Source: Nevskiaceae bacterium
GTDB taxonomy: Bacteria; Pseudomonadota; Gammaproteobacteria; Nevskiales; Nevskiaceae
DNA length: 64,000 nt
Assembly: GCA_040377605.1 (NCBI GenBank)
Contig: JBEIOK010000001.1
Span: forward strand, 11,540 to 75,539
Direction: 5' to 3'
Shown here: positions 55,979-64,000 of the stretch, one piece after another
Layout of the letters: each line of letters opens with the position of its first letter
Position numbering within the stretch: position 1 is the stretch's first letter
Made by a program: the position numbers and the translations under genes
The notes under the pieces: model-generated
Database searches by the model: none
Told to the model about the DNA's origin: nothing
The model's input: the letters and a program-made list of their open reading frames with translations, nothing else

Positions 55979-56365
55979 TTATTTGCGGATGTGGGCACGG
56001 ACCGCACCCAGCAATTCGTCGCGGGTGAACGGCTTGGTGAGATATTCGTCGGAGCCGACGATGCGACCCCGGGCCCGGTCGAACAGACCATCCTTGGACG
56101 ACAGCATGATCACCGGGGTCTTGGCGAAGCGCGGGTTGCCCTTGATCAACGCGCAGGCCTGATAGCCATCCAGACGCGGCATCATGATGTCGACGAAGAT
56201 GATGTCCGGCTCATGGTCGGCGATCTTCGACAGCGCTTCGAAGCCATCCTGGGCCGTGATGACCTGATAGCCCTCGCGGGCCAGGAGCGTTTCCGCGGTC
56301 CGTCGGATGGTCTGACTGTCATCGATGACCATCACTTTCGCTGGCGCGATCGGCTGCGTGGACAC
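55979..56365 (-). CDS. pilG: Twitching motility response regulator PilG
   Basis: KVMVIDDSQTIRRTAETLL, DGYQACALIK, LSSKDGLFDRARGRIVGS. Confidence 0.93.
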   Translation of the reverse strand: MSTQPIAPAKVMVIDDSQTIRRTAETLLAREGYQVITAQDGFEALSKIADHEPDIIFVDIMMPRLDGYQACALIKGNPRFAKTPVIMLSSKDGLFDRARGRIVGSDEYLTKPFTRDELLGAVRAHIRK

Positions 56366-56487
56366 TACCCCTCCCGGAACTCAGTATTTTCTGTGTGTTG
56401 GAAGCGGTTTTTAGCACAGTCCTTGAACACTGCCTATCCGGCCCCGATTGAGCGTCGGGTCTGCCCCCTTCGCGCTACCATCACGCC

Positions 56488-57819
56488 ATGAATACTGCCG
56501 CCCCCCACATGCCCGTCCCCCGGCTCACGACCGCGCAGACGGGGCCGCTGCTGAAGCTAGAATCGACACTGCTGGCCCGTGCCACCGATATCGAGGGCTG
56601 GTTCCGCAGCCAGTGGCAACGAACCCCGCCACCGTTCTACAGCTCGGTGGATCTGCGCAACGCCGGCTTCAAGCTGGCACCGGTGGACACCAACCTGTTC
56701 CCCGGGGGGTTCAACAATCTGAATCCGGCGTTCGAGGTGTTGTGTATCCAGGCCGTGCAGGCCTCGATGCAGCGCGTCTGCCCGGATGCCTGCGGCGTGC
56801 TGCTGGTGCCGGAAAACCATACCCGCAACAAGTTCTACCTGGAGAACGTCGCGACGCTGTTCGGCCTGATCCAGAAGGCCGGCTACAAGGTACGCATCGG
56901 CACGCTGATCCCGGAAATCCAGGAACCTACCGAGCTGACGCTGGAGCTGTCCGGCCGCACGCTGCTGCTGGAGCCGATCCAGCGTACCGGCGACACGGTG
57001 CATGTCGGCGATTTTCATCCCTGTGCCGTGTTGCTCAACAACGATCTTTCGGCGGGCGTACCGGACATCCTGCGCAACCTCTCGCAGGACGTGGTGCCGC
57101 CGCCGGATCTCGGCTGGCACCTGCGCCAGAAATCCAATCACTTCGGCTTCTATCGCGAGGTCGCCAAGGAGTTCGGCGAGCTGATCGATCTTGATCCGTG
57201 GTTCGTCGACCCGTTGTTCCGCAATTGCGGGCAGATCAACTTCCAGAACCGCGAGGGTCAGGAGTGCCTGGAAGCCAACGTCGAACTGCTGCTGACCGAC
57301 ATCGCCGCGAAGTACAAGGAGTACGGCATCAGCGACGAGCCGTTCGTGATCGTCAAATCCGACGCCGGCACCTACGGCATGGGCGTGATGACCGCTCGCA
57401 GTGTCGATGACATCCGCAACATGAACCGCAAGGCGCGCACGCACATGAGCAGCGCCAAGGAAGGCCGTGGCGTCACCGGCGCCATCATCCAGGAAGGCGT
57501 CTATACCTTCGAGAAGCTCGGCGAGGATCAGGCCACGGCAGAGCCCGTGGTGTACATGATCGACCGCTTCGTGGTCGGCGGCTTCTATCGACTCAACTCC
57601 CAGCGTGGCAACCAGGAGAACCTCAACGCCCCCGGCATGCGCTTCGAGCCGCTGGCTTTCGAGGAGGCCTGTTCCGCACCGGACCTGCGCTGCGGTCCCG
57701 ACGAGCGCCCCAACCGCTTCTATGCCTATGGCGTCGTCGCCCGACTCGCGGCGCTGGCGGCGGCGCGCGAGATCGCCGTCGTCACCGAAATGCGGGCACC
57801 GACGCCGGTTGCGGCCTGA
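56488..57819 (+). CDS. gshA: Glutamate--cysteine ligase (Acidithiobacillus-type GshA)
   Basis: SVDLRNAGFKLAPVDTNLFPGGFNNL, GTYGMG, IIQEGV, PNRFYAYGV; alternative start at 56509. Confidence 0.93.
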   Translation: MNTAAPHMPVPRLTTAQTGPLLKLESTLLARATDIEGWFRSQWQRTPPPFYSSVDLRNAGFKLAPVDTNLFPGGFNNLNPAFEVLCIQAVQASMQRVCPDACGVLLVPENHTRNKFYLENVATLFGLIQKAGYKVRIGTLIPEIQEPTELTLELSGRTLLLEPIQRTGDTVHVGDFHPCAVLLNNDLSAGVPDILRNLSQDVVPPPDLGWHLRQKSNHFGFYREVAKEFGELIDLDPWFVDPLFRNCGQINFQNREGQECLEANVELLLTDIAAKYKEYGISDEPFVIVKSDAGTYGMGVMTARSVDDIRNMNRKARTHMSSAKEGRGVTGAIIQEGVYTFEKLGEDQATAEPVVYMIDRFVVGGFYRLNSQRGNQENLNAPGMRFEPLAFEEACSAPDLRCGPDERPNRFYAYGVVARLAALAAAREIAVVTEMRAPTPVAA

Positions 57820-57831
57820 CGCGTTCCCCCG

Positions 57832-58782
57832 ATGAAACGAACACTCGGCGTCGTGATGGATCCGATCGGGTCCATCAAACCCTACAAGGACACCACGCTG
57901 GCCCTGATGCTGGCCGCGCAGCAGCGCGGCTGGGCGTTGCGCTACCTCGAAATGCAGGACCTGTGGTTGCGCGATGGCATTGCCATGGGTCGCGTGCGCT
58001 CCGTTACCGTATTCGATGACAAGCATCACTGGTTCGAGTTGGGCGAGGCGGAGACGATTCCGCTCGGCACGCTCGACGCGATCCTCATGCGCAAGGATCC
58101 GCCCTTTGATCTGGAATACGTCACGTCGACCTACATCCTTGAACGCGCCGAGGCGCAGGGCGCGCTGGTCGTCAATCGACCCTCGAGCCTGCGCGACTGC
58201 AACGAGAAGATGTTCACGGCGTGGTTTCCGGCGCTCACGCCTCCGACGCTGTTCTCGCGCGATGCCACGACACTCAAGGCCTTTCACGCCGAGCATCGCG
58301 ATGTCATCTACAAGCCCGTCGATGGCATGGGCGGCATGGGCATCTTCCGCGTCGGCACCGACGGCCTGAACCTGGGATCGGTCATCGAGCAGCTCACCGA
58401 CCTCGGGCGACGCACGATCGTCGCGCAGCAATATCTGCCGGCAATCAAGGAGGGCGACAAGCGGGTGCTGGTGGTGGATGGTGAAGCGATTCCGTACTGT
58501 CTGGCACGGGTCCCGCAAGCCGGCGAGACGCGCGGCAATCTCGCGGCCGGCGGCAGCGGCGAGCCGCGCCCGCTGACCGAAGCCGATCGCCGGATCGCCG
58601 CCGCCGTCGGACCTGAGCTCAAACGCAGGGGCCTGCTGTTTGTCGGGCTCGACGTGATCGGCGAGCACCTCACCGAGATCAACGTGACCTCGCCAACCTG
58701 TGCCCGAGAAATCGATGCCGCCTTCGGCACCGACATCGGCGGCACGCTGATCGCGGCCATCGAGCGACGTCTGCCCGGCTGA
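57832..58782 (+). CDS. gshB: Glutathione synthase
   Basis: VMDPI..IKPYKDTT, MRKDPPFD, NEK, RGNLAAGG, EINVTSPT. Confidence 0.96.
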   Translation: MKRTLGVVMDPIGSIKPYKDTTLALMLAAQQRGWALRYLEMQDLWLRDGIAMGRVRSVTVFDDKHHWFELGEAETIPLGTLDAILMRKDPPFDLEYVTSTYILERAEAQGALVVNRPSSLRDCNEKMFTAWFPALTPPTLFSRDATTLKAFHAEHRDVIYKPVDGMGGMGIFRVGTDGLNLGSVIEQLTDLGRRTIVAQQYLPAIKEGDKRVLVVDGEAIPYCLARVPQAGETRGNLAAGGSGEPRPLTEADRRIAAAVGPELKRRGLLFVGLDVIGEHLTEINVTSPTCAREIDAAFGTDIGGTLIAAIERRLPG

Positions 58783-58812
58783 CGGATCGGCGCTCGCGCT
58801 TACAATGGCGCG

Positions 58813-59955
58813 ATGAGCGCCGTCCCTCCTGCCGACGAGCCGGTCTCCGGCCCCCCACCCGCCCCGCATCCACTGAAGGCTCGCCAGTTCGGGCGTCGTC
58901 TGCTGGTCGGCGCGTTTCTGGCGGCCCTGTTCGGCTGGCTGGCCCTGCGCCCGCAACCGGGGGACGATCCGCGTCTGCTGGTGCGCGAGTTCGAGGCCAT
59001 GGGCACGGTCCTGTCCGTGTCGGTGTATCGGAACGACGACCAGACGCCAGCAGCAGCCGAGGCACTCCTGGATCGCATCGCCGCCTCCCTGCGCGACTAT
59101 GAACAGCGGTGGTCGGCCTGGGGCGAGGGGGCACTGGGCGCCGTGAACCGACAGCTGGCCGCCGGCGAGCGTGCGTCGATCCCGGAAGCGCTACAGCCGC
59201 TGCTCGCACGCGCCGCCGATCTGGGCGAAAGATCCGGCGGCCGCTTCGACGTGCGCATCGGGCATCTGGTCGAGCTCTGGGGGTTCCACGACGAACTGAA
59301 ATTCCGCACCACCCCGCCGGCCGGTACGGACGTGGCGGCGGCCCTCACCGCACTGCGCGCCGCACCGCCGCTGTCGGCGAGCGCGCAGGACGGGTACGGC
59401 CCGGCGCCGCAGATCCGGCTCGATCTCGGGGCCATCGCCAAGGGTGACGCCGTCGATCTGGCCATCGCGCAACTGCGTGAGGCCGGCTACCCGAATGCGA
59501 TCGTCAACGCCGGCGGCAACCTGCGCGCTGCCGGGCGGCGCGGCGATCGCGCCTGGCGTATCGGCATCCGCCACCCGCGCCCCGATGCCCGGCATCGGCT
59601 GCTGGCCACCCTCGACATCGACACCGACGAGGCCGTGGTCACCAGCGGCGACTACGAACGCTACTTCGAGTTCGAACAGCAGCGCTATCACCACCTGCTG
59701 GACCCTCACAGCGGCCAGCCCGCACGCGGACTGCAATCGGTGACCCTGGTGGTGCCCGGCGATGCCGCCCTGGCGGACGCCGCCAGCACCGCCCTGTTTG
59801 TCGCCGGCGCCCAGTGGCCGGCCGTGGCGCAGGCCTTGGGGCTCGATCAGGTCCTGGTGGTGGATGCGCAGGGCCGCATCGAGGCGACGCCGCGACTGGC
59901 CGCGCGACTGCAGTATTCCGGCGGGCTGGAGACGGGCGTCAGCGCCGTGCCATGA
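58813..59955 (+). CDS. apbE: FAD:protein FMN transferase
   Basis: AMGT, DLGAIAKG, NAGGN, TSGDYERYF, HHLLDP, ADAASTALF. Confidence 0.92.
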   Translation: MSAVPPADEPVSGPPPAPHPLKARQFGRRLLVGAFLAALFGWLALRPQPGDDPRLLVREFEAMGTVLSVSVYRNDDQTPAAAEALLDRIAASLRDYEQRWSAWGEGALGAVNRQLAAGERASIPEALQPLLARAADLGERSGGRFDVRIGHLVELWGFHDELKFRTTPPAGTDVAAALTALRAAPPLSASAQDGYGPAPQIRLDLGAIAKGDAVDLAIAQLREAGYPNAIVNAGGNLRAAGRRGDRAWRIGIRHPRPDARHRLLATLDIDTDEAVVTSGDYERYFEFEQQRYHHLLDPHSGQPARGLQSVTLVVPGDAALADAASTALFVAGAQWPAVAQALGLDQVLVVDAQGRIEATPRLAARLQYSGGLETGVSAVP

Positions 59956-60317
59956 CGCGCGGCGATCTGCTGGTGCTGGTGCTGGCTGCGGCCCTGATCG
60001 GCGCGCTGTACGCCCGCTACTGGCAGGCACCACGTGCAGCCACCGCGATCGAACTGCGTCGTGGCCACGAAAGTCCGCAGCGCTACGCGCTGAGTCCGAA
60101 CCGCACCCTGCGGGTGCAGGGCGCGCTGGGCGAGTCGGTGCTGGAGTTGCGTGACGGCCGCGTTCGCTTTCGCAGCGGCCCCTGTCGCAATCAGGTCTGC
60201 GTGCACAGCGGCTGGCTGGCACACAGCGGCGATGCCGCCGCCTGTCTGCCCAATCGGGTGAGCATTCGACTGCTGGGCGGCAGTCCGGAACAGGCCGTCG
60301 ATGGCGTCAGCTACTGA
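59952..60317 (+). CDS. NusG domain II-containing membrane-anchored protein
   Basis: TRGDLL + TM, GPCRNQVCVHSGW, ACLPNRV. Confidence 0.85.
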   Translation: MTRGDLLVLVLAAALIGALYARYWQAPRAATAIELRRGHESPQRYALSPNRTLRVQGALGESVLELRDGRVRFRSGPCRNQVCVHSGWLAHSGDAAACLPNRVSIRLLGGSPEQAVDGVSY

Positions 60318-60843
60318 ACACGCGCGGATCCAGCGCGAGGACCGCCTGATCGCCGGCCTGGCGGCGCTGGCCGTGGTCATTCACGTCCTGGAGGCCGGAT
60401 TCCCGTCGCCGGTGCCGGGGGTCAAACCCGGGCTGGCCAACGCCGTCACCCTGATCGTGCTGATGCGCCACGGCTGGCGCGCGGCGGTCTGGGTGGCAGC
60501 GCTGCGCGTGCTCGCCGGCAGCCTGCTGGTCGGCAGCTTCCTGGCCCCCGGCTTCTGGCTGTCCCTGTCCGGCGCGGCCGCCAGCCTGCTCGCGCTGGGG
60601 CTGGGCTGGGGCTGGAACCGCACGCTGCCGGCGTTGCGTCTGTCGCCCCTCGGCCTGTCGGTGCTGGCCGCGCTGGCCCACATGGGCGGCCAGTTCTTCG
60701 TCGCCTGGCGGGTGTTCCTGCCACACCCGGGCCTGCTGACCCTGCTGCCGTTGCTGATGAGCGCGGCGCTGATCTTCGGTGCGGTCACCGGCGCCGTCGC
60801 GGCAGGCATCCTGCGCCGCCTGCCGCCGGCTGATGCGCGCTGA
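60301..60843 (+). CDS. Gx transporter family protein (heptaprenyl diphosphate synthase component I-like)
   Basis: EAGFPSPVPGVKPGLAN, AHMGGQ, multiple TM segments. Confidence 0.85.
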   Translation: MASATEHARIQREDRLIAGLAALAVVIHVLEAGFPSPVPGVKPGLANAVTLIVLMRHGWRAAVWVAALRVLAGSLLVGSFLAPGFWLSLSGAAASLLALGLGWGWNRTLPALRLSPLGLSVLAALAHMGGQFFVAWRVFLPHPGLLTLLPLLMSAALIFGAVTGAVAAGILRRLPPADAR

Positions 60844-60900
60844 GGTGCCGCTCGACGGCGCAGCTTGTAGAGCGTGCGCTCGCAGGGCAATACTCGGGCC

Positions 60901-61464
60901 ATGAGTGACCCAGACGCCTATCTCAAGAACCAGTTCCTGGTGGCCATGCCCAGCCTGGACGACGAAAACTTCAATCACACGGTCTCGCTGCTGTGCGAGC
61001 ACAACGATGCCGGCGCCATCGGCCTGGTGATCAACAAGCCGACCGAACTGAAGCTCAGCGAGATGATGGACCAGATGGGGCTGGAGCACGACGCCCTGGA
61101 TGCGGAGGACCCGGTGTTCTGGGGCGGACCGGTGCAGCCCGAGCGCGGCTTCGTGATTCACCGCAAGCCCGGCGACTGGGAATCGAGCATGCAGTTGCGG
61201 GACGACCTCTACATCACCACGTCGCGCGACATCCTGCGCGCGATCGGCAAGGGCGAAGGCCCGAAGGATTACTTCGTGGCGCTGGGCTATGCGGGCTGGG
61301 GTGCCGGTCAGCTCGAGAGCGAGATTCTGCACAATGCCTGGCTCAACACGCCGGTCAGTGAGCAGGTGCTGTTCCAGACGCCCGTCCGCGACCGCTGGCA
61401 GGCAGCCACCCGTCTGCTCGGGATTGATGTCAGCCAGATCAGCGGCGACGCGGGTCACGCCTGA
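60901..61464 (+). CDS. yqgE: YqgE/AlgH family protein
   Basis: FLVAMP, CEH..GAIGLVIN, GGPV, LGYAGWGAGQLE, C-terminal GHA. Confidence 0.93.
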   Translation: MSDPDAYLKNQFLVAMPSLDDENFNHTVSLLCEHNDAGAIGLVINKPTELKLSEMMDQMGLEHDALDAEDPVFWGGPVQPERGFVIHRKPGDWESSMQLRDDLYITTSRDILRAIGKGEGPKDYFVALGYAGWGAGQLESEILHNAWLNTPVSEQVLFQTPVRDRWQAATRLLGIDVSQISGDAGHA

Positions 61465-61507
61465 TCCCCCGCCTGCGGACGCCCTCGCCGGCGACCGTCC
61501 CGCATCC

Positions 61508-61933
61508 ATGACCCACACTGCGACCTATCTGGCCTTCGATTACGGCGCGCGCCGGATCGGCGTGGCCGTCGGCGACAATCTGACACGCCGTGCGCGGGCC
61601 CTGACGGCGATTGCCAGCGGCGACTGGGCGGCCGTGGATCGGGTGCTCGCCGAATGGCGGCCGGCCGCGCTGGTGCTGGGGCTGCCGCTGGATGAGGACG
61701 GCAGCGAGCAGGCCATCACCACCGCGACGCGGCGCTTCTCGCGCGCGCTGACCGAGCGCTACCACCTGCCCGTGCATGAGTGCGATGAGCGCTACAGCTC
61801 CCGCGCAGCCGACGAGGCCCTGCGCAGCGCGCGCGCCAGCGGTCAGATGAGCCGCCGCGTCCGCAAGGGCGATCGCGACGGTGAAGCAGCGCGCGTGATC
61901 CTGGAGCAGTGGCTGTCCGAGCAACCGGCCTGA
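61508..61933 (+). CDS. ruvX: Pre-16S rRNA nuclease YqgF/RuvX
   Basis: [33 protein letters not shown]. Confidence 0.92.
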   Translation: MTHTATYLAFDYGARRIGVAVGDNLTRRARALTAIASGDWAAVDRVLAEWRPAALVLGLPLDEDGSEQAITTATRRFSRALTERYHLPVHECDERYSSRAADEALRSARASGQMSRRVRKGDRDGEAARVILEQWLSEQPA

Positions 61934-61977
61934 AACTTCCCTTGTACCGGGGCCCTGGGCGACAATCCCGCCTCAGC

Positions 61978-62982
61978 ATGACCCCTAACCTCCAACTCGA
62001 CGCCCGCGGCCACCTGCGCCATCTGCTGACGCTCGAAGGCTTGCCCCGCGAACTGCTGATCGATCTGCTCGACACCGCGGAGGATCTCGAAAAACGTCTG
62101 CGCGGGCCGGAGAAGAAGCTCGATCTGCTGTCCGGCCGCACGATCGTCAATCTGTTCTTCGAGGCCAGCACACGCACGCGCACGACCTTCGAACTGGCTG
62201 CCAAGCGCCTGTCCGCCGATGTGCTGAACCTGCAGATCGCGGCGTCCAGCACCTCCAAGGGCGAAACGCTGTTCGACACGCTCAAGACGCTGGAGGCGAT
62301 GCAGGCCGACATGTTCGTGGTCCGCCACGAGGCCAGCGGTGCGGCACACTTCTTCGCGGAGCACGCGGCCCCCGGCGTCGCCATCCTCAATGCCGGAGAC
62401 GGCCGCCATGCGCACCCGACGCAGGGGCTGCTCGACCTGTTCACGATCCGCCGCTACAAGGGTCCGGAAAGTGACTGCTTCCGGCATCTGACCGTCGCCA
62501 TCGTCGGCGACGTGCTGCACTCCCGTGTGGCGCGCTCCAACATCCACGGCCTGCGAGCGCTGGGCACCCGAGAGATTCGCGTGGTGGCCCCGCCAACGCT
62601 GGTACCGGCCGGCATCGAGGCGATGGGCGTCACCGTTTTCCACGAACTGGAAGCGGGCCTGGCCGGCGCGGATGTCGTGATCCTGCTGCGGCTGCAGAAG
62701 GAGCGCATGCTTGGCGCCTTCCTACCTTCGCTGGGCGAGTTTCACCGCGATTTCGGCCTCACCCGCGAGCGCCTGGCGCGCCTGAAACCGGATGCCATCA
62801 TCATGCACCCGGGGCCGATCAATCGCGGTGTCGAGATCGAGGGCGATGTCGCCTACGGGCCTCGCTCGGTCATCCTGCAGCAGGTGCAGCACGGCATTGC
62901 CGTGCGCATGGCCGTGATGTCGAAAATCCTCGCGCCGCCGCCCGCCCGATCTGCGCGCCGCAGCCTGCGGAGGCGCGCATGA
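61978..62982 (+). CDS. pyrB: Aspartate carbamoyltransferase catalytic subunit
   Basis: [35 protein letters not shown]. Confidence 0.96.
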   Translation: MTPNLQLDARGHLRHLLTLEGLPRELLIDLLDTAEDLEKRLRGPEKKLDLLSGRTIVNLFFEASTRTRTTFELAAKRLSADVLNLQIAASSTSKGETLFDTLKTLEAMQADMFVVRHEASGAAHFFAEHAAPGVAILNAGDGRHAHPTQGLLDLFTIRRYKGPESDCFRHLTVAIVGDVLHSRVARSNIHGLRALGTREIRVVAPPTLVPAGIEAMGVTVFHELEAGLAGADVVILLRLQKERMLGAFLPSLGEFHRDFGLTRERLARLKPDAIIMHPGPINRGVEIEGDVAYGPRSVILQQVQHGIAVRMAVMSKILAPPPARSARRSLRRRA

Positions 62983-64000
62983 GCAAGAAAGTCGTTGCCG
63001 GTGACTGGTCGGCCGCCAGCCGCGCCCGCCCGGCCACTGCCGGGCACGGCGACAGCCTGCTGATCGCCGGCGCCCGGCTGCTCGACCCCGAATCGGGGCT
63101 CGACGCCGTCGGCTACGTGGGCATTCGTGACGGCAGGATCCAGCATGTCGGCAGCGGCAAGCCGCGGGACCGCTATGAGGCCACGCTCGAAGCCGATGGC
63201 CTCTGGCTGCAGCCGGGCCTGATCGATCTGTGTGCGCGATTCCGCGAGCCCGGACAGACGCACAAGGCCAGCTTCCGCTCGGAAACGGCAGCCGCCCAGG
63301 CCGGCGGCATCACCGAGGTGGTGCTGCCGCCGGACACGCACCCGGTGGTCGATACCACGGCGATGGTGCTGCGCCTGCAGCGTCTCGCGCGCGCCACCGG
63401 CGGTCTGCACGTGCATCTGCTGGGGGCGCTGACCAAGGGACTCTCCGGCGAGGCCCTGGCTGAGCTGTCGTCGCTCAAGTCGGCCGGCGCCATCGGCGTC
63501 AGTAACGGCATGGCACCGGTGCGGGACTCGCTGATCGCGCGGCGCGCGCTGGAGTACGCCAAGGGCCTGAACCTGCGCGTGCACGTCTTCGCCCAGGACG
63601 CCGCCCTGGCGGCCGGAGGCTGCGCCCACGAGGGTGCGGTGGCCACGCGTCTGGGGCTCTCGCCGATCCCGGCGGCTGCCGAAGTGGCGGCCATCCGCTT
63701 CTGGATCACGCTGGTCGAAGACACCGGCGCTCAGGTGCATTTCTGCCGGCTGTCGACCGCGCGCGGCGCCGGCCTGATCGAATCGGCGCAGAAGCGCGGC
63801 CTGCCGGTGACGGCGGATGTCGCGGCTCATCAGCTGTTCCTGACGGAAGCCGACATCGACGGCTTCAACGCCCAGTGCCACGTGCTGCCGCCGCTGCGCG
63901 GCGAGGCCGATCGCGAGGCCCTGCGCGCTGCCGTGGCGCGCGGAGTGATCGGCGCGATCTGTTCGGACCATCAGCCGCACGAAGCAGACGCCAAGACCCA
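62979..64000 (+). CDS. pyrC: Dihydroorotase-like protein PyrC' (cut by the window edge)
   Basis: ATGA overlap with pyrB; [29 protein letters not shown]; not in the ORF track because no stop lies in the window. Confidence 0.88.
   Translation, partial: MSKKVVAGDWSAASRARPATAGHGDSLLIAGARLLDPESGLDAVGYVGIRDGRIQHVGSGKPRDRYEATLEADGLWLQPGLIDLCARFREPGQTHKASFRSETAAAQAGGITEVVLPPDTHPVVDTTAMVLRLQRLARATGGLHVHLLGALTKGLSGEALAELSSLKSAGAIGVSNGMAPVRDSLIARRALEYAKGLNLRVHVFAQDAALAAGGCAHEGAVATRLGLSPIPAAAEVAAIRFWITLVEDTGAQVHFCRLSTARGAGLIESAQKRGLPVTADVAAHQLFLTEADIDGFNAQCHVLPPLRGEADREALRAAVARGVIGAICSDHQPHEADAKT

Noticed and set aside
1-64000. CRISPR arrays, tRNA, rRNA, IS elements
   Set aside because: By eye I found no regularly spaced direct repeats, cloverleaf or TpsiC signatures, rRNA-like stretches or transposase ORFs

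Overview
High-GC proteobacterial chromosome window. Gene content (GshA type, Pil-Chp cluster, many lipoprotein hydrolases) suggests a Nevskiales/Solimonas-like gammaproteobacterium, which is an inference. About 60 CDS; I saw no rRNA, tRNA, CRISPR array, transposase or integrase. All product calls come from reading motifs by eye, not from database searches. Content, left to right: SDRs; an alkylation-repair operon (ada, alkA, 2OG-Fe oxygenase); a GlyGly-CTERM metalloprotease and a diguanylate cyclase; a dapA paralog; a RIO-like kinase; a dispersed steroid-catabolism set (kstD, hsaA, kshA, ksi, TonB receptor, LuxR regulator); an accessory stretch at 29-37 kb; a beta-helix/diheme cytochrome fusion; a reduced Pil-Chp cluster; and gshAB, apbE, yqgE, ruvX, pyrB, pyrC'. 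Best leads: (1) a membrane-targeted leader ORF ending in QAPPR whose last codons pair with the Shine-Dalgarno of the next gene; (2) a Lys-Lys leader peptide with mutually exclusive hairpins upstream of dapA; (3) two unannotated Lys-rich microproteins in front of the RIO kinase; (4) a UmuD-like protease coupled to an MmcB-like nuclease instead of UmuC, behind a palindromic operator; (5) an 18-bp 7-4-7 operator repeated before the steroid genes; (6) a Pil-Chp operon with no pilH or pilJ.
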